Shown one piece after another: positions 19,859 to 30,125 of a DNA stretch of 64,000 bases. The position numbers and the translations under genes were made by a program. The stretch comes from Alistipes sp. GTDB lineage: Bacteria > Bacteroidota > Bacteroidia > Bacteroidales > Rikenellaceae. The notes under the pieces were generated by a model. That model saw only the letters and a program-made list of their open reading frames with translations, was not told the DNA's origin and searched no databases. The stretch is from the NCBI GenBank assembly GCA_045633465.1, contig JAZQYJ010000063.1, positions 21,735 to 85,734 of the forward strand. The letters are read 5' to 3'. The stretch's first letter is position 1. Each line of letters begins with the position of its first letter.

Positions 19859-20431
19859 TTAGTTTGCCACTCCGCCCTCACCGAGATTTACCTTCTCGAA
19901 CTTGTAGCCAAGTCTGTGCAACTCCATCGCCGCACCTATACGGAATAATACGCGCGTCGTGCGCGCGAAGATGTAGAAAGCCTTGGTGCTTTGAGCCTCG
20001 GTATCCTCGCGACGGATATAGGTGATGGCGGTGTTGGCACAACGGCGCATCATATCCTCAATCTGCTTCGCCTCCTCCGAGTCGAGCGACAAGCCCAGAA
20101 TGTGCTGCATAATATGCTCGTCCATATCGTCGAAGCCCAGTATTCCGTGCAGTGCCGAGTATGGCTCGGTGGCATACTGCTCCCAATTCTCATCCCAGCG
20201 ATGTGCTACCGCCATTCCCACATAACCAGCCCACGCAATGGCTGCTGCCGGGAACGAATTTACCTGCGGCACGGCATCCGCCATATACTCGGGAGCATAC
20301 TCCTTCCAACGCTCGTCGATATCCTCCGACGAGAGGAGTGTGCCCTCCAACATCTTGTGCGAGGTACAAAGACGCAAAACCTCCTTTATGAGGTTGTTCT
20401 CGAAATTATCGTAATACTCTAAATTCTCCAT
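19859..20431 (-). CDS. Hypothetical acidic helical protein
   Basis: 190 aa ORF with coding-like composition, 12 bp downstream of the symporter gene. No motif recognised. Confidence 0.75.
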   Translation of the reverse strand: MENLEYYDNFENNLIKEVLRLCTSHKMLEGTLLSSEDIDERWKEYAPEYMADAVPQVNSFPAAAIAWAGYVGMAVAHRWDENWEQYATEPYSALHGILGFDDMDEHIMQHILGLSLDSEEAKQIEDMMRRCANTAITYIRREDTEAQSTKAFYIFARTTRVLFRIGAAMELHRLGYKFEKVNLGEGGVAN

Positions 20432-20443
20432 ATCTATTGGTTG

Positions 20444-21655
20444 TTATTTTGCAATTCTATCTGTTACTACTGCACAGGCTGCATCGCCCGTGATATTTAG
20501 GACCGTACGAATCATATCGAAGATGCGGTCCAAGGCGTAGAGAAGAGGTAATCCCTCAATCGGGATACCCGCTGCCGCCAACACCGCCACAACCATAAGG
20601 GTTGGACCCGGAACACCTGCCTGACCAATGCTGCCGAGCGATGCCGTAACCGTAATTGCCACATATTGCGCTACGCCGAGTTCGATGCCGTAGAACTGCG
20701 CAAAAAAGAGCGCCACCAAGGTGTAATATATGGCATTACCCGTCATATTTATAGTGGCACCAAGAGGTATGACAAAGCCTGTAACCTCCTTCGACACACC
20801 CATCTTGTCGCAGGCACCCATCGTTACGGGGAGCGTAGCCATTGACGAGGCTGTCGAAAAGGCGACAATCTGCGGACGGAGCATTGCCGAGAAGAACTCT
20901 TTGATGCTAACCTTCGAGAGAAACATCACCGTCAGCGGATATACCGCCAAACCCATTATCGCCACAGCAATCAAATCAACCCACAAAAGATTTACAACTT
21001 TCACGAGAATATCAAAACCGAATGCGCCCATAGCCTCGGCCATAAGACCAAAAACTCCGAGAGGCGCTATCCACATAACCTTGCCGACGCACCAAATCAA
21101 GGCTTCGAGCAGATAGTTCAAGCCATTGACAACCTTTGTGCGCTTCTCCTCTTTGAGAGCGGCAATGCCAAAACCCAAAAACAGACCAAAAAAGATGATT
21201 TGCAAGATGTTACCTTCGGCAAAAGCCTTGATTGGGTTGGCGGGAATTATACCTATTACCGTATCCCAAAACGAGAGGTTGGTCGGAGCACCTTGCTCTG
21301 CCGAGGCAGATGCCATAATCGAGGCTATGCCCTCGGCACTTAAACCCGAGCCCGGTTTGAAAATCAAGCCTACGGCAATAGCAATAATAATCGACAAAAC
21401 GGTGGTGAGCAGGATATAGGCAATGCTCGTAATACCTATTTTGCCTGCCGAACGGCTACTGCCGAGCGATGCTGCGCCCGAGATAATAGAGATGCCAACC
21501 AAAGGCACCACCAACATCTTGATAAGTTGAATAAATAACGAGCCGAGCGGAGCAAAGAGCTTCGCCTCGTCGCCCATAACCACACCAACAGCAACTCCTG
21601 CAACCATAGCCACAAGAATCCATACGCCCAAATTTTTTAATAGCCGCCTAATCAT
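20444..21655 (-). CDS. Dicarboxylate/amino acid:cation symporter (DAACS)
   Basis: IKMLVVPL, FSTASSMATLP, PLGATINMTG, DRIFDMIRTVLNITGD. Confidence 0.93.
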   Translation of the reverse strand: MIRRLLKNLGVWILVAMVAGVAVGVVMGDEAKLFAPLGSLFIQLIKMLVVPLVGISIISGAASLGSSRSAGKIGITSIAYILLTTVLSIIIAIAVGLIFKPGSGLSAEGIASIMASASAEQGAPTNLSFWDTVIGIIPANPIKAFAEGNILQIIFFGLFLGFGIAALKEEKRTKVVNGLNYLLEALIWCVGKVMWIAPLGVFGLMAEAMGAFGFDILVKVVNLLWVDLIAVAIMGLAVYPLTVMFLSKVSIKEFFSAMLRPQIVAFSTASSMATLPVTMGACDKMGVSKEVTGFVIPLGATINMTGNAIYYTLVALFFAQFYGIELGVAQYVAITVTASLGSIGQAGVPGPTLMVVAVLAAAGIPIEGLPLLYALDRIFDMIRTVLNITGDAACAVVTDRIAK

Positions 21656-21741
21656 AGTGTTGCAAAGATACTAAATTTTGAGTGAAAATATTGAATTCGC
21701 CAAATTTTTACTATCTTTACATTTGGAAAATGTGGGGAAAG

Positions 21742-22551
21742 ATGAAGTGCTCGACAAAACTCTTTGTACCAGGCATCGTGGTTGCGATGGTTGCTATTGC
21801 GCTTTTTGTTGCGCAGTGGCTCGTTGGCGACTTTCCGATGTGGTTTTTTGCCTTTCCTATGAATTTGTTGCTCGGTGTGTTGTTGCTCGCCCTTGTTGTG
21901 GAGGGCTATCGTCGTCGCACAACATCGGTGGCGGTGCAATATCTTCTCTCGACAGAGGCGACCTTTTTGGCATTGGCTATTTCTGCTGTGATAGCAGTGG
22001 TGCTTGGTTTGCAGCGTGAGCCTTCAACATCATCTTGGCCCGTGGTTGGCGGAGGATTATTTGTCCTAACTATTTTGACGCTTGTCATTCTGCGAGGTTG
22101 GCGAAATGGAGGAGGTGTGCGTTGGAGATTTCTCGTTACCCATTGTGGCTTGTGGATTGCGCTTATGGCGATGTTTTTGGGCGCTCCCGACAAGCAGATA
22201 TGGCGTATGCAACTTTCTTGCACACCCTCCCGTGAGGCTATAAACGAGCGAGGGGAGAGTGCTTTTCTCGACTATGAATTAAAACTCACCGATTTTAAGG
22301 TGGAGCGCTCGGAAGATGGCTCTCCAAAGCGATTTAATGCCACCATAGAGGTAGATGGCAAGGAGGTTGATGTCGAAGTTAATAGCCCCTATTCGCCAAA
22401 GTACGGCGAGGATATATATTTGGTGAGCTATGCGCCCGAGGGTTGCGTAGTGCAGATTGTGCGCGAGCCGTGGAAGGTGGTATCGGCTGTGGGTATAGCG
22501 ATGTTGTTGTTGGGAGCAATGATGCTGTTTTTGCAAGGATTTAAAAGATAG
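21742..22551 (+). CDS. Cytochrome c biogenesis protein, ResB/CcsB-like (short)
   Basis: Multi-TM protein with FLVTHCGL (conserved His) and a periplasmic VNSP segment, directly upstream of ccsA. Start uncertain. Confidence 0.7.
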   Translation: MKCSTKLFVPGIVVAMVAIALFVAQWLVGDFPMWFFAFPMNLLLGVLLLALVVEGYRRRTTSVAVQYLLSTEATFLALAISAVIAVVLGLQREPSTSSWPVVGGGLFVLTILTLVILRGWRNGGGVRWRFLVTHCGLWIALMAMFLGAPDKQIWRMQLSCTPSREAINERGESAFLDYELKLTDFKVERSEDGSPKRFNATIEVDGKEVDVEVNSPYSPKYGEDIYLVSYAPEGCVVQIVREPWKVVSAVGIAMLLLGAMMLFLQGFKR

Positions 22552-22556
22552 AGCAA

Positions 22557-23339
22557 GTGATGATTGGGTGGAGTGAATTTCCGTGGTTTGCCGTTGCAAC
22601 GGTACTCTTGGCGGTTGTAGCATCGGCTCTCGCCTTGTGCGATAAGCGCAAGGTGGCTCTTGCCTTCTCGGTGTTTGCAGTCGCAACCCTCTCTGCGTTT
22701 ATTGCAATGTTGTGGCTCTCGCTCGAACGACCCCCAATGCGAACAATGGGCGAAACTCGCTTGTGGTACTCGTTTTTCCTGCTTGTGGCGGGTGTAGCAA
22801 CATACGCAAGGTGGCGCTTTAAGTGGGTTTTGAGTTTTTCGACACTCCTTGCCACAGTATTTATGGTGATAAATTGTCTGCGTCCCGAACTGCACGACAA
22901 GAGCCTTATGCCGGCATTGCAGAGTGCCTGGTTTATGCCCCATGTGGCGGTCTATATGTTCTCCTATGCCCTACTTGGCGTTGCTACTTTGATGGCTCTA
23001 TACTATCTTGTCAAGCGAGATGAGCGAGTACTCTCCGCGATTGACAATCTCTTGGGTGGTGGTTTGGCGTTATTTACTGTCGGAATGCTGACGGGAGCAT
23101 TGTGGGCAAAGCAGGCTTGGGGTGAGTATTGGAGCTGGGATGCCAAGGAGGCGTGGGCTGCGGCGACCTGGTTTCTCTATTTGGGGGCGATTCACCTGCG
23201 ATTGATGCGACCAAAGGGTGTGCAAAAGTTTTGCATACTCCTCGTTGTGGCATTCCTCTCGTTGCAAATGTGTTGGTATGGAGTAAATTATCTCCCATCT
23301 GCCGAAAAAAGCATACATTCATATAATCGTAATAATTAA
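22557..23339 (+). CDS. ccsA: Cytochrome c biogenesis protein CcsA/ResC
   Basis: WWD motif GALWAKQAWGEYWSWDAKE, LQSAWFMPHV, C-terminal SIHSY. Confidence 0.92.
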   Translation: MMIGWSEFPWFAVATVLLAVVASALALCDKRKVALAFSVFAVATLSAFIAMLWLSLERPPMRTMGETRLWYSFFLLVAGVATYARWRFKWVLSFSTLLATVFMVINCLRPELHDKSLMPALQSAWFMPHVAVYMFSYALLGVATLMALYYLVKRDERVLSAIDNLLGGGLALFTVGMLTGALWAKQAWGEYWSWDAKEAWAAATWFLYLGAIHLRLMRPKGVQKFCILLVVAFLSLQMCWYGVNYLPSAEKSIHSYNRNN

Positions 23340-23360
23340 CCAACTAAAAAATCAGTTGTT

Positions 23361-24731
23361 ATGAAGAAAAAATTACTCTATTTAGCTTTGGTGCTCGTGG
23401 TTGTTGCGCTTGCAATTTTCCGCATTTCGGAGCGTGTACCTTCGGCTGAGCTTCCGCTCAACGAGCGTGTAGCGGCAATCTTTGTTAAGGGTGGATGTTT
23501 GGACTGCCACTCGGCAGAGCCACAGCTGCCATTCTACTTCAAACTTCCCGTTGTGGGCAACATTATGAAGAAGGATGTTGAGGAGGGTTATCGTGCCTTC
23601 GACATGGAGCCTCTCTGGACAAAACTCCAAGCAGGAGAGAACGATTTTAACCCTGTGGATGTTGCCAAAATCGAGAAGGTGGCAATCGACAAGCGTATGC
23701 CTATGGCGAAGTATTACCTCATACATTGGGGTAGCCGTATGACCAATGCTAAGCGCGATGTTATCCTCGAATGGGCTTCGGCATATCGTACAGCCTACTA
23801 TCACGATGGCGTGTGTGGTTGTGAGCCGGTACGCCCTATCAACCTCTCGTTGCCATACGACGAGGCGAAGGCTGCGTTGGGCTTCAAACTCTATCACGAC
23901 ACCCGCCTATCGGTGAATAACACCGTATCGTGCGCATCGTGTCATGGTTTGAACACCGCTGGTGTCGACAACAAGCCGTTCTCCGAAGGCGTGGAGGGTA
24001 AACTCGGCGGAGTGAATGCTCCGACTGTATTCAACGCAGTCTATAACTTCGTGCAGTTCTGGGATGGTCGCGCCGTAACCCTTGCCGAGCAGGCTGCCGG
24101 ACCTCCGGTAAATCCTGTGGAGATGGCTTCGCCAAACTTCGACGCTATCGTGGCAAAACTCAACAAGGACCGCAAGTTCGCACGCGAGTTTAAGAAGGTG
24201 TATCCCGAAGGCTTCACTCAGGCTACTATTACCGATGCTATCGAGCAGTTCGAGCGTACGCTCATCACACCGAATTCTCGCTTCGACAAGTATCTGCGTG
24301 GCGACAAGGCCGCCATTACCGCCGAGGAGTTGGAGGGTTACGAACTCTTCAAGAAGTATAACTGCGCAACCTGCCATGTTGGCAAGAACTTGGGAGGCGA
24401 AAGCTACGAGTTGATGGGCTTGCGCAAGCACTACTTTGCTGACCGTGGCTTGGATTTGACCGAGGAGGACAATGGTCGCTTCAAGCAGACAGGCGTGGAG
24501 CGCGACCGTCACCGCTTCAAGGTGCCGGGTTTGCGCAATGTCGCTCTCACTTGGCCATACTATCACGACGGCACTCGCACCTCGCTCAAAGAGGCTGTGT
24601 GCGCTATGGGCACCTACCAGTCGGGCGTAGAACTTACCGACGAGGAGGAGGACAAGATTGTGGCATTCCTCAACACCCTCACAGGCGAGTATCAGGGCAA
24701 GTTGCTCACCAATGCCAACGAGCAAAAATAA
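23361..24731 (+). CDS. Triheme cytochrome c peroxidase (YhjA-like)
   Basis: N-terminal membrane anchor and three CxxCH (CLDCH, CASCH, CATCH); QFWDGRA, NPVEM, FKVPGLRNV. Confidence 0.92.
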   Translation: MKKKLLYLALVLVVVALAIFRISERVPSAELPLNERVAAIFVKGGCLDCHSAEPQLPFYFKLPVVGNIMKKDVEEGYRAFDMEPLWTKLQAGENDFNPVDVAKIEKVAIDKRMPMAKYYLIHWGSRMTNAKRDVILEWASAYRTAYYHDGVCGCEPVRPINLSLPYDEAKAALGFKLYHDTRLSVNNTVSCASCHGLNTAGVDNKPFSEGVEGKLGGVNAPTVFNAVYNFVQFWDGRAVTLAEQAAGPPVNPVEMASPNFDAIVAKLNKDRKFAREFKKVYPEGFTQATITDAIEQFERTLITPNSRFDKYLRGDKAAITAEELEGYELFKKYNCATCHVGKNLGGESYELMGLRKHYFADRGLDLTEEDNGRFKQTGVERDRHRFKVPGLRNVALTWPYYHDGTRTSLKEAVCAMGTYQSGVELTDEEEDKIVAFLNTLTGEYQGKLLTNANEQK

Positions 24732-24749
24732 TCGCTTTGTTGGGCGACA

Positions 24750-24786
24750 AAGAAAAACCAACCTCTCGAAAGGGGTTGGTTTTCTT
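24750..24786. terminator. Bidirectional intrinsic terminator
   Basis: aagaaaaaccaacctctc-gaaa-ggggttggtttttctt between convergent genes. Confidence 0.85.
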
Positions 24787-24812
24787 GTTAAAGAGGGTTT
24801 TTGTTGAGGTTT

Positions 24813-25187
24813 TTACAACTCGGTTTTCCACAAGCCGTGAAGGTTGCAATACTCGTAAACAGCGATAGGCTTCGAGTCGCAAGTGCAGAAGACCGCCTCC
24901 GGTTTGTCGGTCAAGTCGATGCGGATACCGCCCTTCTCGGTCTCGACATAGATAAAGCAGATGTGGTGCTCAGGCAACATTGGGTGTGCCACGCTGCCCA
25001 CCTCAACCTTGATATGACAATCGTCAATCTTTGTTACAACGGGAACATGCTTCTCGTTGCTTGCATCAACCGTGTTTGGCACCAGCTCCTGCATTGGAGC
25101 GCCACAGCACACAACAGGGACCTTAGAGTCCACAACCTTCTGAACAACATTGCCGCAATGAGGGCAAACATAAAATTTAGTAGCCAT
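24813..25187 (-). CDS. Desulfoferrodoxin / superoxide reductase
   Basis: CPHCGN...CCG centre I; EKHVP, HPM, HHI, CNLHGLW centre II. Confidence 0.95.
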   Translation of the reverse strand: MATKFYVCPHCGNVVQKVVDSKVPVVCCGAPMQELVPNTVDASNEKHVPVVTKIDDCHIKVEVGSVAHPMLPEHHICFIYVETEKGGIRIDLTDKPEAVFCTCDSKPIAVYEYCNLHGLWKTEL

Positions 25188-25239
25188 AGTATGTCAAGTT
25201 AAAAGTTAAAAGTTTTATATTAAATCTGTTTTTCGCTTA

Positions 25240-25608
25240 TTAGAATGCCCATATCCAAGGCACAACCGAGAGTATCAATAGCACAAATAGTACCAAATAG
25301 AGTACGGTGCGCCAACAATTACTCTTGATATGTCTTTTGAGAAAACCATCTATTGTAGACCAATGAAGTATAATGTGTAGCACAAGCAATACAAGCACCA
25401 CGACGCCTGCCCAGAGGTGAATCTCTGCCCACAATCGCCTACCGCACGACAACACCCACGATGCAGCATCGCGTACCCACGCCTCGTGGGCCACTCGGCG
25501 CAATGGAGCGATAATCCTTATCACCACACCACTAATGCTTGTGAGTGCCATTGCGAGAAACATCGCAAGGTCGATAATAATGTTTATTGTCAATCGGTTT
25601 TTCATCAT
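25240..25608 (-). CDS. Small membrane protein, DUF4405-like
   Basis: Three TM helices with W..IHLWAG...LHIILHW histidine pattern. Confidence 0.7.
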   Translation of the reverse strand: MMKNRLTINIIIDLAMFLAMALTSISGVVIRIIAPLRRVAHEAWVRDAASWVLSCGRRLWAEIHLWAGVVVLVLLVLHIILHWSTIDGFLKRHIKSNCWRTVLYLVLFVLLILSVVPWIWAF

Positions 25609-25805
25609 CTTTGTTATTTCTGTTATAGCAAAGATAGGGCATTATTTGCGATAAAGCAAATCATAAATTTTTATTGTGGTATAGGCAAAATCTATGCTAA
25701 AAGCCCATTAGTGGCAAGAGACCTCCTTGTGGCGTTTTGTTTCTACAAAATAAAGTACTATATTTGTAGTGATGAAATAGGGTTTTATTAAAAAACGAGA
25801 ATATT

Positions 25806-26690
25806 GTGGATATTGTTATCACCTATGTAAATGGCTTGGACCCTATATGGCAGGCAGACTACGAGAAGTACACCAACCAACCTGTGTTGGAGAAGCGTTT
25901 TCGTGATTGGGACACTTTGCGCTATCTTTTTAGGGGTATAGCCGAGAATATGGCGTTCGTGCGCAAGGTGCATCTTGTTGTGTCGCACGAGAGTCAGGTG
26001 CCAGAGTGGATAAATCGCGAAGAGGTGCATATTGTTCTCCACAAGGATATTATCCCTGCGGAGTTCTTGCCGACCTTCAACTGCAACCCTATCGAGATGC
26101 ACCTGCATCGCATCGAGGGGCTCGACGAGGAGTATCTCTATTTCAATGACGATGTCTTTCCGATGAAGCCTTGCAAGGCTACGGACTTCTTCAAAGGGGG
26201 CAAATGTCACCTCGGAATGTCGCATCATCTCATTGTAAATAATATGTTCAAGGCGATATGTCGCAACTCCGATCGCCTTGCCCGCCAAGCTTTGGGGTTG
26301 AAGCAGAGATTGTTCTTCCTGCGCCCACAACACATTTGTACTCCTATGTTCAAGAGCGAATGTGGCGAACTCTACTCCAAGGTTCCTGCCGAGATAGCAA
26401 AGACTGCCGCGTCGCGCATCAGAGATGACAAAAACCTCAACCAATACCTCTTCCTCGACTATATGTACTTGAAGGGGCGACTTGTGAATAAGCGCTTGTC
26501 GAAGAAGCACTTTTCGGTGGGTATTGTTTCGGGCGAAAAGCTCCACCGCTTCATAACCAACCCTTCGCACAAGTTGGTCTGCATAAACGATGTTCAACTC
26601 TCGGAGGAGCGATATACAGAGTTGCGCAAAGCGTTGCTCGATGCATTCGAGGAGCGTTTCCCACAAAAATCGAAGTTCGAGAATGACTAA
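25806..26690 (+). CDS. Stealth-family hexose-1-phosphate transferase
   Basis: CR1 DIVITYVNG.DP, CR2 LPTFN..IE..LHRIEGLDE.YLYFNDD, CR4 CIND. Confidence 0.88.
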   Translation: MDIVITYVNGLDPIWQADYEKYTNQPVLEKRFRDWDTLRYLFRGIAENMAFVRKVHLVVSHESQVPEWINREEVHIVLHKDIIPAEFLPTFNCNPIEMHLHRIEGLDEEYLYFNDDVFPMKPCKATDFFKGGKCHLGMSHHLIVNNMFKAICRNSDRLARQALGLKQRLFFLRPQHICTPMFKSECGELYSKVPAEIAKTAASRIRDDKNLNQYLFLDYMYLKGRLVNKRLSKKHFSVGIVSGEKLHRFITNPSHKLVCINDVQLSEERYTELRKALLDAFEERFPQKSKFEND

Positions 26691-27633
26691 TCGCTACAAA
26701 ATATCGCTCATCGCCCCAATCTACGGGGTAGAAAAGTATATCCGCCAATTTGCCGAGAGTGTGTTGGCGCAAACCTACGAGGATATTCAGTTTGTCTTCG
26801 TGAACGACGGAACAAAGGACTCTTCGATGGAGATTTTGGAGACCCTTATCGAGGAGAAATTCTCGCATTTGCGCCCACGCATTACAATCATCAACAAGGA
26901 GAATGGTGGTCTGCCTTCGGCTCGTAAGGCGGGATTGGAGGTGGCTACGGGCGAATATATTCTCTTTGCCGACTCTGACGATTGGCTTGACAAGGATGCC
27001 GTTGCGAAGGTTGTGGCAAAGGCTATGCAGACCAATGCCGACATCGTCTATTTCGATTTGGTGAAGGAGTATGGCGGTGGCAAACAGAGCATTAAGCACG
27101 AACGCACCTATACGGCAGAAAATCGCCTGCGATGGATAGAGAATATGTTCAACTACCGCTCATTTGGCTACACCGTAACCAAGTGTTTCCGTCGCAAACT
27201 CTACACCGACAACCAAATCGTCTTTCCGAAGTTGGGTATGCACGAGGATATCTGCCTTATGGCGCAGATAATATTCTATGCACAGTCGATAGCGCAACTG
27301 CCAGAGCCGTTATATCACTACCGCAAGGATAACCCTGCGGCAATGTGTTCGCAAAAGCGCAGTGTGCGCCACATAGCCTCCTCACGCAATATGATGGGTG
27401 TTGTCGAGGGCTTCAAAGACAACCTCAAAGGCTCTCCAATGGAGTTTGTTGCCGATGGTGTGGTATTGCGTGCCGGCTGGCACTCGATAATTCATGACTG
27501 CGACCTATTTGAGGAGTTCCCGTGGTTGTCGGAGGCGATAAAAAAAGCAAAGGTGAGCACCCACTATCGCACACCGCTGCTATTCCAAATTTTTGTAAAG
27601 ATTTATAACCTTTTCCGTCGATGCAGAAAGTAG
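26683..27633 (+). CDS. Glycosyltransferase family 2
   Basis: ISLIAPIYGVEKY, VNDGTKD, NGGLPSAR, FADSDD. Start MTNRYK overlaps the upstream stop. Confidence 0.9.
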   Translation: MTNRYKISLIAPIYGVEKYIRQFAESVLAQTYEDIQFVFVNDGTKDSSMEILETLIEEKFSHLRPRITIINKENGGLPSARKAGLEVATGEYILFADSDDWLDKDAVAKVVAKAMQTNADIVYFDLVKEYGGGKQSIKHERTYTAENRLRWIENMFNYRSFGYTVTKCFRRKLYTDNQIVFPKLGMHEDICLMAQIIFYAQSIAQLPEPLYHYRKDNPAAMCSQKRSVRHIASSRNMMGVVEGFKDNLKGSPMEFVADGVVLRAGWHSIIHDCDLFEEFPWLSEAIKKAKVSTHYRTPLLFQIFVKIYNLFRRCRK

Positions 27634-28589
27634 ATTTGGTCTATATGTGGGTTGATGGCAACGACCCTGAGTGGCAGGCGAAGCGCAATCGCTATGTGGG
27701 TGGCAGCGCAAACCAGTCGCAAGAGGTGGTAGGAGCAGCTCGTTGGCGCGATAACGATGAGTTGCTATTTTCGTTGCGCTCGGTCGAAAAGTTCGCTCCT
27801 TGGATAAACCACATCTACATTGTAACCGACCATCAGTGCCCTGCGTGGCTCAATACCAACCATCCAAAAATCTCTATTATTGACCATAAGGAGATTCTAC
27901 CAAAGGAGGCATTGCCGACTTTCAATAGTTGCGCAATAGAGGGTTGCATACATCGAATACCCGGATTGAACGAGCATTTTATTCTCGGCAATGACGATAC
28001 AATGTTTGTCAAGCCCACAACATGCGATACTTTCTTTGTCGATAGTGCGCCAATAGTTCGACTCATGCGCTTTGATCGTCAGAAGGCGTTGCGTCGTGGC
28101 CACTATCATCGAATGATTCATCGAATGCAGGATTTGATAGAAGCCGATTTTGGCAAAAAGATATATCTTGCTCCGCACCACAACTTCGATGCCTACCTAC
28201 GCTCCGACTACAAATATTGTGTAGAGAATCTCCATGCCGAGGTGTGGGGAACTACTACACATCACCGCTTCCGCGATGACGAGGATATGCATCGCTCCTA
28301 CATAAGTTATTATATGGTAGCTGTCGGTCACGCCACAATGCGAAAGGTGGGTCGCTACAACAACATTAAAGGCTTTTTCGGCAGGATAAAGGCGGTACTG
28401 ACCAATTGTTTTGAGAACGATTCTCGTTGCATCAACAACTACTCGCACAATTACGCCGAGCAGCTACGCAAGTACAACCCGATAATGATCTGCGCCAACG
28501 ACTCGGAGCGAGCTACGGATGCAGACGCTTTGAGGATGAAAGCCTTTCTCGAAGAACTCTTCCCCGAGAAGAGCTCATTCGAGAGGTAG
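27621..28589 (+). CDS. Stealth-family hexose-1-phosphate transferase
   Basis: [45 protein letters not shown]. Confidence 0.9.
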   Translation: MQKVDLVYMWVDGNDPEWQAKRNRYVGGSANQSQEVVGAARWRDNDELLFSLRSVEKFAPWINHIYIVTDHQCPAWLNTNHPKISIIDHKEILPKEALPTFNSCAIEGCIHRIPGLNEHFILGNDDTMFVKPTTCDTFFVDSAPIVRLMRFDRQKALRRGHYHRMIHRMQDLIEADFGKKIYLAPHHNFDAYLRSDYKYCVENLHAEVWGTTTHHRFRDDEDMHRSYISYYMVAVGHATMRKVGRYNNIKGFFGRIKAVLTNCFENDSRCINNYSHNYAEQLRKYNPIMICANDSERATDADALRMKAFLEELFPEKSSFER

Positions 28590-28624
28590 CAAAACCTTTC
28601 GTTTATTCATCTTATACTTGTACA

Positions 28625-29677
28625 ATGGAGCCGAAGAAGCGGGTTTTGCTGGGTATGAGCGGAGGCACTGATAGTTCCGTTGCGGCATTGCTGCTACAAG
28701 ATGCCGGCTACGAGGTGGTCGGCGTTACATTCCGCTTCTACGAAAAGAACGAAGATACCGAGTATCTCGACGATGCCCGCGATTTGTGTCGTCGCCTGGG
28801 CATTCAACACATAATCTCCGACCAGCGAGAGCTCTTCAAATCGACCATAATAGACTACTTTGTTAGTGAGTATATGGCAGGGCGTACGCCTGTGCCTTGT
28901 ACCCTGTGCAACAACTACTTGAAGTGGCCCTTGCTCCGTCAGATTGCAGATGAGTTGGGCATATACCACTTAGCAACCGGGCACTATGTTCAAAAGCAAT
29001 ATGTTGATGGTTTTTGGCACATTACAAACGGTGTCGATGAGGACAAAAACCAATCTTTCTTTCTGTGGGGCCTTCCACAAGATATTTTGGAGAGAATGGT
29101 GCTCCCGTTGGGAGGAGTGACCAAGCAGCGAGTTCGCGAGATTGCCGAGGAGCGAGGTTTTTTGAAGGTGGCACGAAAGAGAGATAGCCTTGGGGTCTGC
29201 TTTTGCCCGATGGATTATCGCACATTTCTCAGAGAGATGGTGCCCACCAAGACCATTCAGAGGGGTAAATTTGTTGACGAGCAGGGCAACTTCATCGCTT
29301 GGCACGAGGGATATCCGCTCTATACCGTAGGACAACGAAGGGGGTTGGGCATAGACCTAAACAAAGCCGTTTTTGTAAAGGCGATTTTGCCTGCGGAAAA
29401 CAGGGTTGTTCTTGGTGATTTGAAGTCGCTGGAACGCACGGAGATGCGTTTGAAGGATTGGAGCGTCGTAAATCCCTCGCAGCTCTTGAACAGGGATGAT
29501 GTCATTGTCAAAATCCGCTACCGCAAGCAGGAAAATCGTTGCACCGTAACCCTTCTGCCCGACAACACGCTCCATATTCATCTTCACGAACCTCTCACCG
29601 CCATTGCTCCTGGTCAAGCCGCCGCCCTCTATCGTGGAGAAGTGGTGCTTGGTGGAGGCATTATTGTCGAGGAGTGA
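28625..29677 (+). CDS. mnmA: tRNA 2-thiouridylase
   Basis: [38 protein letters not shown]. Confidence 0.95.
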   Translation: MEPKKRVLLGMSGGTDSSVAALLLQDAGYEVVGVTFRFYEKNEDTEYLDDARDLCRRLGIQHIISDQRELFKSTIIDYFVSEYMAGRTPVPCTLCNNYLKWPLLRQIADELGIYHLATGHYVQKQYVDGFWHITNGVDEDKNQSFFLWGLPQDILERMVLPLGGVTKQRVREIAEERGFLKVARKRDSLGVCFCPMDYRTFLREMVPTKTIQRGKFVDEQGNFIAWHEGYPLYTVGQRRGLGIDLNKAVFVKAILPAENRVVLGDLKSLERTEMRLKDWSVVNPSQLLNRDDVIVKIRYRKQENRCTVTLLPDNTLHIHLHEPLTAIAPGQAAALYRGEVVLGGGIIVEE

Positions 29678-29743
29678 TTTTGCTCGCTGCTCTTCGCCCT
29701 AACATCCGAATAAATACGCGCCTTTTTATGCCCTTATGCCTAT

Positions 29744-29935
29744 TGGCGGAAGATGGGATTGACTGCGCTACGCTTGTCTTTCCCTTCTGCTCGCCGCAGG
29801 GGCACCGCCAAAGAACGGCTCTACGCAAAAAGTTGATACTATCAACTCATTTGTTTTTGTACACTATGTCTGCAAACAAGTTTGCGCCATAGTATCCAAA
29901 AACAAAAGGTGTCGAAAATTCGACACCTTTTTGCT
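29744..29935. repeat. tRNA-linked palindromic element bounded by a duplicated tRNA-His 3' end
   Basis: ggcggaagatgggatt at 29745-29760 matches ggtggaagatgggatt in the tRNA 3' end at 15/16 positions. Internal hairpins at 29831-29847 and ~29850-29909. Confidence 0.55.
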
Positions 29936-29947
29936 TCGTTTGTTCTT

Positions 29948-30024
29948 TGGGTGGAAGATGGGATTCGAACCCACGACCTTCGGAACCACAATCCGTCACT
30001 CTAACCAGCTGAGCTACATCCACC
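29948..30024 (-). tRNA. tRNA-His (GUG)
   Basis: Reverse complement GGTGGATGTAGCTCAGCTGGTTAGAGTGACGGATTGTGGTTCCGAAGGTCGTGGGTTCGAATCCCATCTTCCACCCA: cloverleaf, G-1, encoded CCA. Confidence 0.96.
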
Positions 30025-30125
30025 ATTTAGACTCCTCTCGGAATCGGGTGCAAATGTAATACACTTTTTCACAAAGTCCAAATTTTTCGAGAAAAATATA
30101 TCGTTTTTGCTCCAAAGAGGTCTCT

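Noticed and set aside
29904-29932. Hairpin nearly identical to the ppdK terminator (aaaaggtgtcg...cgacaccttt)
   Set aside because: Explained as ordinary bidirectional terminators; too short to claim a repeat family.
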